From NCBI RefSeq assembly GCF_009914755.1, contig NC_060937.1: a DNA stretch of 64,000 bases; one strand, 5' to 3'. Origin of the DNA: the human T2T-CHM13v2.0 reference genome, Homo sapiens. Shown piece after piece: positions 58,905-64,000 of the stretch. The position numbers and the translations under genes were made by a program. The notes beneath the pieces were generated by a model that was not told where the DNA came from, ran no database searches, and saw only the letters and a program-made list of their open reading frames with translations. Position 1 is the stretch's first letter, and every line of letters starts with the position of its first letter.

Positions 58905-59447
58905 ATCCTCCATGTGGTGGTCTCCAAAGATGGCTCTCAACAATTTCTTCCCTCTCGGTCTATACAGACTGCTCCTCACATCAAGAGGTAGAGCTTATTT
59001 CCCTCCCCTAGAATCTGGGCTGGTTTTTTAACTGCTTTGACCATTAGAGGGTGGTAGAAATGATGTCTGGGGCTGGAAACTTCTGCTTCCTTCTTTTTGG
59101 AATGCTCATTCTTAGGATGCTCCCTCTTGGTACCCAATTTCCATGACATGAGACATTTAAGCCACATAAATAAAGAAGCCAATGAAGGAGAACTGGGTGC
59201 ACTGGTTAACAAACCTGCTGAGATCCCATCTGACAGCCAGCATCAATGCCAGCAACCTGAGAGGGCCATTTTGGGCTTTCTGGCCCATTTGAGCTCCTAG
59301 ATGACCACATTCCCAGCCAACATCACATTAAGCAGAAGAATCGCCCAGCTGTGCTCAGTCAACCAAAAGAACAGAGAAGACAAAACGAGTGATGTCTTAA
59401 GTCACTACGTTTTAGAGTAGTTACCCAGCAATAAGCAACTAAAACAC
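58905..59447 (+). mobile_element. MLT1 (G/H-like) MaLR LTR in LCP1 intron 1
   Basis: 'aaagatggctctcaacaatttcttccc...ttccctcccctagaatctgggctgg' ... 'cagcaataagcaactaaaaca'. Confidence 0.75.
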
Positions 59448-59715
59448 TTCACTTTTACATAAATGTCTTTTTTAAGAGGTATCTTCGTGTTCATATTTAA
59501 AATTAGTATTTGACCAAGCCAACAGATACAGTTTATAACTTCAAAGGAAGTTAATCAAAATTCTCCATATTATTTAGGGATGAACAAAGGGAAGCTGACC
59601 CTCTCATAATTCAGCTATGGGAATCTGAGGCGCTTTCTAGGTGTTTTCTTCTCAGAAAAGCGACAGTCTTGCTGAGAAACAGTGCTTGAGTAATTTCCCT
59701 TTTCCTGTGCATCAC

Positions 59716-59731
59716 TGCTGCCCTCTAGTGG
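59716..59731 (-). promoter_or_regulatory. CTCF consensus motif
   Basis: Minus strand CCACTAGAGGGCAGCA closely matches the CTCF core consensus. Confidence 0.7.
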
Positions 59732-61294
59732 GTGAGAAGAAAATAAAACAGAAAATGGATGATAATCTCCATGCCCCTAGCTAATCCACACCAGCATGTT
59801 TCAAATCGGAGACCCACTGAAGTTTGTTGAACTTACTGGTGCAGAGGGGATAAGTGGAGTGGGAGTGTGGGGGTTGGGGTGTTTCTAAGCATAGTTATAT
59901 TTTGGATAGTTCAGGGAAGTTATCGATTTAAAAAAAAATTTGTGACAGGATGTTGTTTTCAGTAGATTTCTTTTTTATATTTTCATATTATTCTATAGTG
60001 CTGTATTTGTTCTTGATGGCCACCAACAACCACACCAAACAGAAAACAGTCTTAATTAACATCAAAACCTGTAGGCCAAAAATGCATTACACTCAATTTT
60101 GCAAATCCATATCCATTATCCAACAAATTACCATCCTGCCACATACATATATCAGTGGTTTCAAACTTTTGTTCCACCAAGCAACCCTTTGTTGACAGAA
60201 ACCTTACATGTAAACCTTACATGTAAGCAAACAAATAAAAATAACAACTCTGAGAGTCTTTGGTTGAAAAAACCCAAATGTACCCCTGCCCCTGCTATCT
60301 TATCTCCTTGTCACCTTCATCTGTGGGAACTCCAGGGAGCATGATTTGAAAATCATAGAATTATATATGTCTTCATTTAAATTTAAATGTATTCATTAAA
60401 AATATATTTTTGATATCAATAAAAATTTTATTTTATTATTGTCTTACATATCTAAGAAAGTATTGGTACATTGGATCTTTTAAAGGATGACAGAAACTGT
60501 CGAGGGGTTAATTGTATTAAAAATACAATCTCACTAACACATCACAATAACCCTAAGAGACAGGCACTGGCTATCTGGCTTTCTTGTCATCTCTCTCTCT
60601 CCCTCCCTCTCGTCCTTTTTTCTTTCCTTCTTCCTTCCTTGTTTCCTACCTTCCTTCCTTCCTCTCTTTCTTTTTCAGAATGCCTTTTTCCAAAAATAAT
60701 TTGAGCTAAGTTACAAAGATATATCCAAACCCAAGAGTTAAACCAACTAAATGATGTAATTGATAAGAAAGAAAGCGTAACTGAAATAAGATGATGGTCG
60801 GGAGGAACTCTAATACTTAAAATACATGCCTAAGACCCCGCATGTTTTGCTACAAGTAGGCTGAAAATCTATCTCCAAGTTCTCTAGAAGCTAAGGCAAA
60901 AAGGAAAGTATCATCGGTTATACAATTCACTATCTATGAGACAAACCAATTTTCTTAGGGCAGCAGATCTGATGTCTGACAGCAAAATCTTCACACAGGC
61001 TTTAAGAAGAGGCCATTTGTGGGATGGGGTAAACACAGGTTTTGTGTTTCTTACAATGTCCTTCAATATAGGCTGATGGCATAGGTATGTATATTCTCAT
61101 TGTATAGATCAGAAAACAGTATCTCAGAGAAGTTAAGATACAGATCTCAAATCACTCAGCTGGGTGGAGAAGCAGCCAAAACTCCAATCCCCAAGTCTTT
61201 TCTCCTCTCCCAGGCTGTCTACTCGGGTTCTCTGCCTTCATGTTCCTGTTAGACACACATCCCATCCATCCATTTATTCACTAAACAATGAGTT

Positions 61295-62660
61295 CTCCCT
61301 CTCCCTCCCCCTCCCCCTCCCTCCCCCTCCCCCTCCCTCTCCCGTCTCCCTCAACCCACGGTCTCCCTCTCCCTCTCTTTCCACGTTCTCCCTCTGATGC
61401 CGAGCAGAAGCTGGACTGTACTGCTGCCGTATGGGCTCACTGCAACCTCCCTGCCTGATTCTCCTGCCTCAGCCTGCCAAGTGCCTGCGATTGCAGGCGC
61501 GCGCCTCCACGCCTGACTCGTTTTCGTATTTTTTTGGTGGAGACGGGGTTTCGCTGTGTTGGCCGGGCTGGTCTCCAGCTCCTAACCGTGAGTGATCTGC
61601 CAGCCTCGGCCTCCCGAGGTGCTGGGATTGCAGGCGGAGTCTCGTTCACTCAGTGCTCAATGTTGCCCAGGCTGGAGTGCAGTGGCGTGATCTCGGCTAG
61701 CTACAACCTCCACCTCCCAGCCGCCTGCCTTGGCCTCCCAAAGTGCCGAGATTGCAGCCTCTGCCCAGCCGCCACCCCTTCCGGGAAGTGAGGAGCGTCT
61801 CTGCCTGGCCGCCCATCGTCTGAGATGTGGGGAGCGCCTCTGCCCCGCCGCCCCGTCTGGGATGTGAGGAGCGCCTCTGCCCGGCCGCGACCCCGTCTGG
61901 GAGGTGAGGAGCGTCTCTGCACGGCTGCCCCGTCTGAGAAGTGAGGAGCCCCTCCGCCCGGCAGCCGCCCTGTCTGAAAAGTGAGGCGCCCCTCCGCCTG
62001 GCAGCCACCCCGTCTGGGAAGTGAGGAGCGTCTCCAGCCGGCAGCCGCCCCGTCCGGGAGGGAGGTGGGGGGCGCCTCTGCCCTGCCGCCCCTTCTGAGA
62101 AGTGAGGAGCCCCTCTGCCCGGCCGCCACCCCGTCTGGGAGGTGTACCCAACAGCTCATTGAGAACGGGCCATGATGACAATGGCGGTTTTGTGGAACAG
62201 AAAAGGGGGAAATGTGGGGAAAAGATAGAGAAATCAGATTGTTGCTGTGTCTGTGTAGAAAGAAGTAGACATAGGAGGCTCCATTTTGTTCTGTATTAAG
62301 AAAAATTCTTCTGCCTTGGGATGCTGTTAATCTATAACCTTACCCCCAACCCCGTGCTCTCTGAAACATGTGCTGTGTCCACTCAGGGTTAAATGGATTA
62401 AGGGCGGTGCCAGATGTGCTTTGTTAAACAGATGCTTGAAGGCAGCATGCTCGTTAAGAGTCATCACCACTCCCTAATCTCAAGTACCCAGGGACACAAA
62501 CACTGCGGAAGGCCGCAGGGTCCTCTGCCTAGGAAAACCAGACACCTTTGTTCACTTGTTTATCTGCTGACCTTCCCTCCACTATTGTCCTGTGACCCTG
62601 CCAAATCCCCCTCTGCGAGAAACACCCAAGAATGATCAATTAAAAAAAAAAAAAAAAAAA
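61295..62660 (+). mobile_element. Full-length SVA retrotransposon, antisense in LCP1 intron 1
   Basis: CCCTCT/CCCCCT hexamer head, Alu-like domain, GC-rich VNTR (about 61760-62145), SINE-R and poly-A; TSD AAACAATGAGTT at 61283-61294 and ending 62670. Confidence 0.97.
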
Positions 62661-64000
62661 ACAATGAGTTATTAAGTATATGGACTATGGATAGCCCCAT
62701 GGGAGATTTTTAAAACTACAATATAGTGAGCTTGTCCAGTCATTCTAGTAGAAAGCTTTTGCTTTCCTGTGCTCAGAAATCAAGGCTTCTGTTTTAAGGA
62801 ATTAGTATAGAACTTTGTATTAATATACTTTGCTAAATCCTTGTGACTAACTTGGCTTAGGTCTCTTCTATACCCTCTACCATATCCACATATGCATGAA
62901 TAGAAGGCTCTCCAGCTCTCCGGCTGTCCAGCCCTTCATGTTTTTAAATGTCTTAAGACCTCTTGGTTCATAGGTGTTTATGGGATTATAAGATACATTC
63001 ATTCATTTAACAAATATTTTATGAATGCCTACTATAAGCCAGGTGCTATTCTTCATTTTAGGTAAGCACGTCTATATTGACCCAGTTAGTTATCCTGAAA
63101 GCATGGAACAATGTCAAAGGTAAGGAGGACAAACAAGATCTCTGACTCTAAACCTGGCCTTATCCCTTGACACAAGAATGTTAGATTTTAGAGCGCTATC
63201 AGCAGCTAGCGATAAATATAAGTAGAAGCAGAGAACAAGACTACATTCTAAGTGTCACAAGTAGGGCCAATGAAGAAACAAAACAATTACAGTGTTGGGT
63301 AAAAAAAGAAAATCTAAAAAATATCTAAAGATCATGGTATAATGGGAAATTTTTTTTACCATAAAAATTGCAGTGGCCCATTCATTTAAAAGACATAGAA
63401 AGTACATGTATTTTAAAATCATATTATTTTTAAACCACAGCAGGTAGGTCAAGATGAAAAGCCTTGAGCATCTGTAACAATATTTTTCTACGAGATTTAT
63501 GAGTGGAGAGGATAAACTCAGAGAAGTCAAACAGCAAGAACACCTTTAAATTTAAAAAATCCAAAATGCTTCAGTGATTTAACAGCAAATGCAAAAGAGA
63601 AGTGGATTAACTTAGTTTAAAAGGTAAAGTGGAGAAGGGATAATCAGCAACTGACATTGCTGTGATACTGTTTGTTGTTGTTGGGCAGAAACATGAATAG
63701 ATATCTGGAGAGAGTCCCTTTTACCATCAGCATGAGCAGCATATCCTGGAAACACAACCTAACTTTTGGAGACAGAAGGAACCTCATAAATAATTTATTA
63801 CAATGTCCTCATTTTATAAATAAGGAAACTGAAGTTCTAATGAGAAGAAATGTTTTATCCATGTACAAATTCTCAAGGCAATGCCAGGCTGGAGCTTGTA
63901 AATGCAGGTGCTGATGAGCAGAGCAGGAAAAGGATGGAGTTACCATTAAAAGGGCCCCTAAGGTCCATAACTGAGCAGAGACCTTTAAGTAATTAAACTG

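Noticed and set aside
61437-62635. Overlapping 100-174 aa ORFs rich in G/R/A/P
   Set aside because: They arise from the GC-rich SVA VNTR, which lacks stop codons; there is no evidence of a gene.

Overview
Primate (almost certainly human) genomic DNA, recognisable as the CPB2-LCP1 interval of 13q14. Both genes lie on the minus strand. The complete coding region of LCP1 (L-plastin/plastin-2) can be rebuilt from 15 coding exons between 58716 and 26973. All introns are GT-AG, and the exon lengths sum to 1884 nt (627 aa plus stop). A 3'UTR of about 1.67 kb ends near 25300; the non-coding exon 1 lies beyond the right edge. About 21 kb downstream, the first exon of CPB2 (TAFI; signal peptide MKLCSLAVLVPIVLFCEQHVFA) and its liver-type promoter sit at 4314-4510. 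The ORF track misses this exon. The rest is intron or intergenic DNA rich in repeats: about 17 Alu-family elements, old L1/L2/MIR, several solo LTRs, MER DNA elements, a full-length SVA in LCP1 intron 1, and GGAA/TG/CA microsatellites. Almost all listed ORFs that are not LCP1 exons are repeat-derived or random. I cannot support a genuinely new biological system here. The best testable leads are a phase-compatible LCP1 exon 15 to CPB2 exon 2 read-through, a recursive-splice-type 5' splice site rebuilt at the exon 10/11 junction, the antisense SVA with a G-rich hexamer head, a near-perfect CTCF motif, a (GGAA)15 run and inverted Alu pairs. Repeat family names and some repeat boundaries are by eye and approximate.
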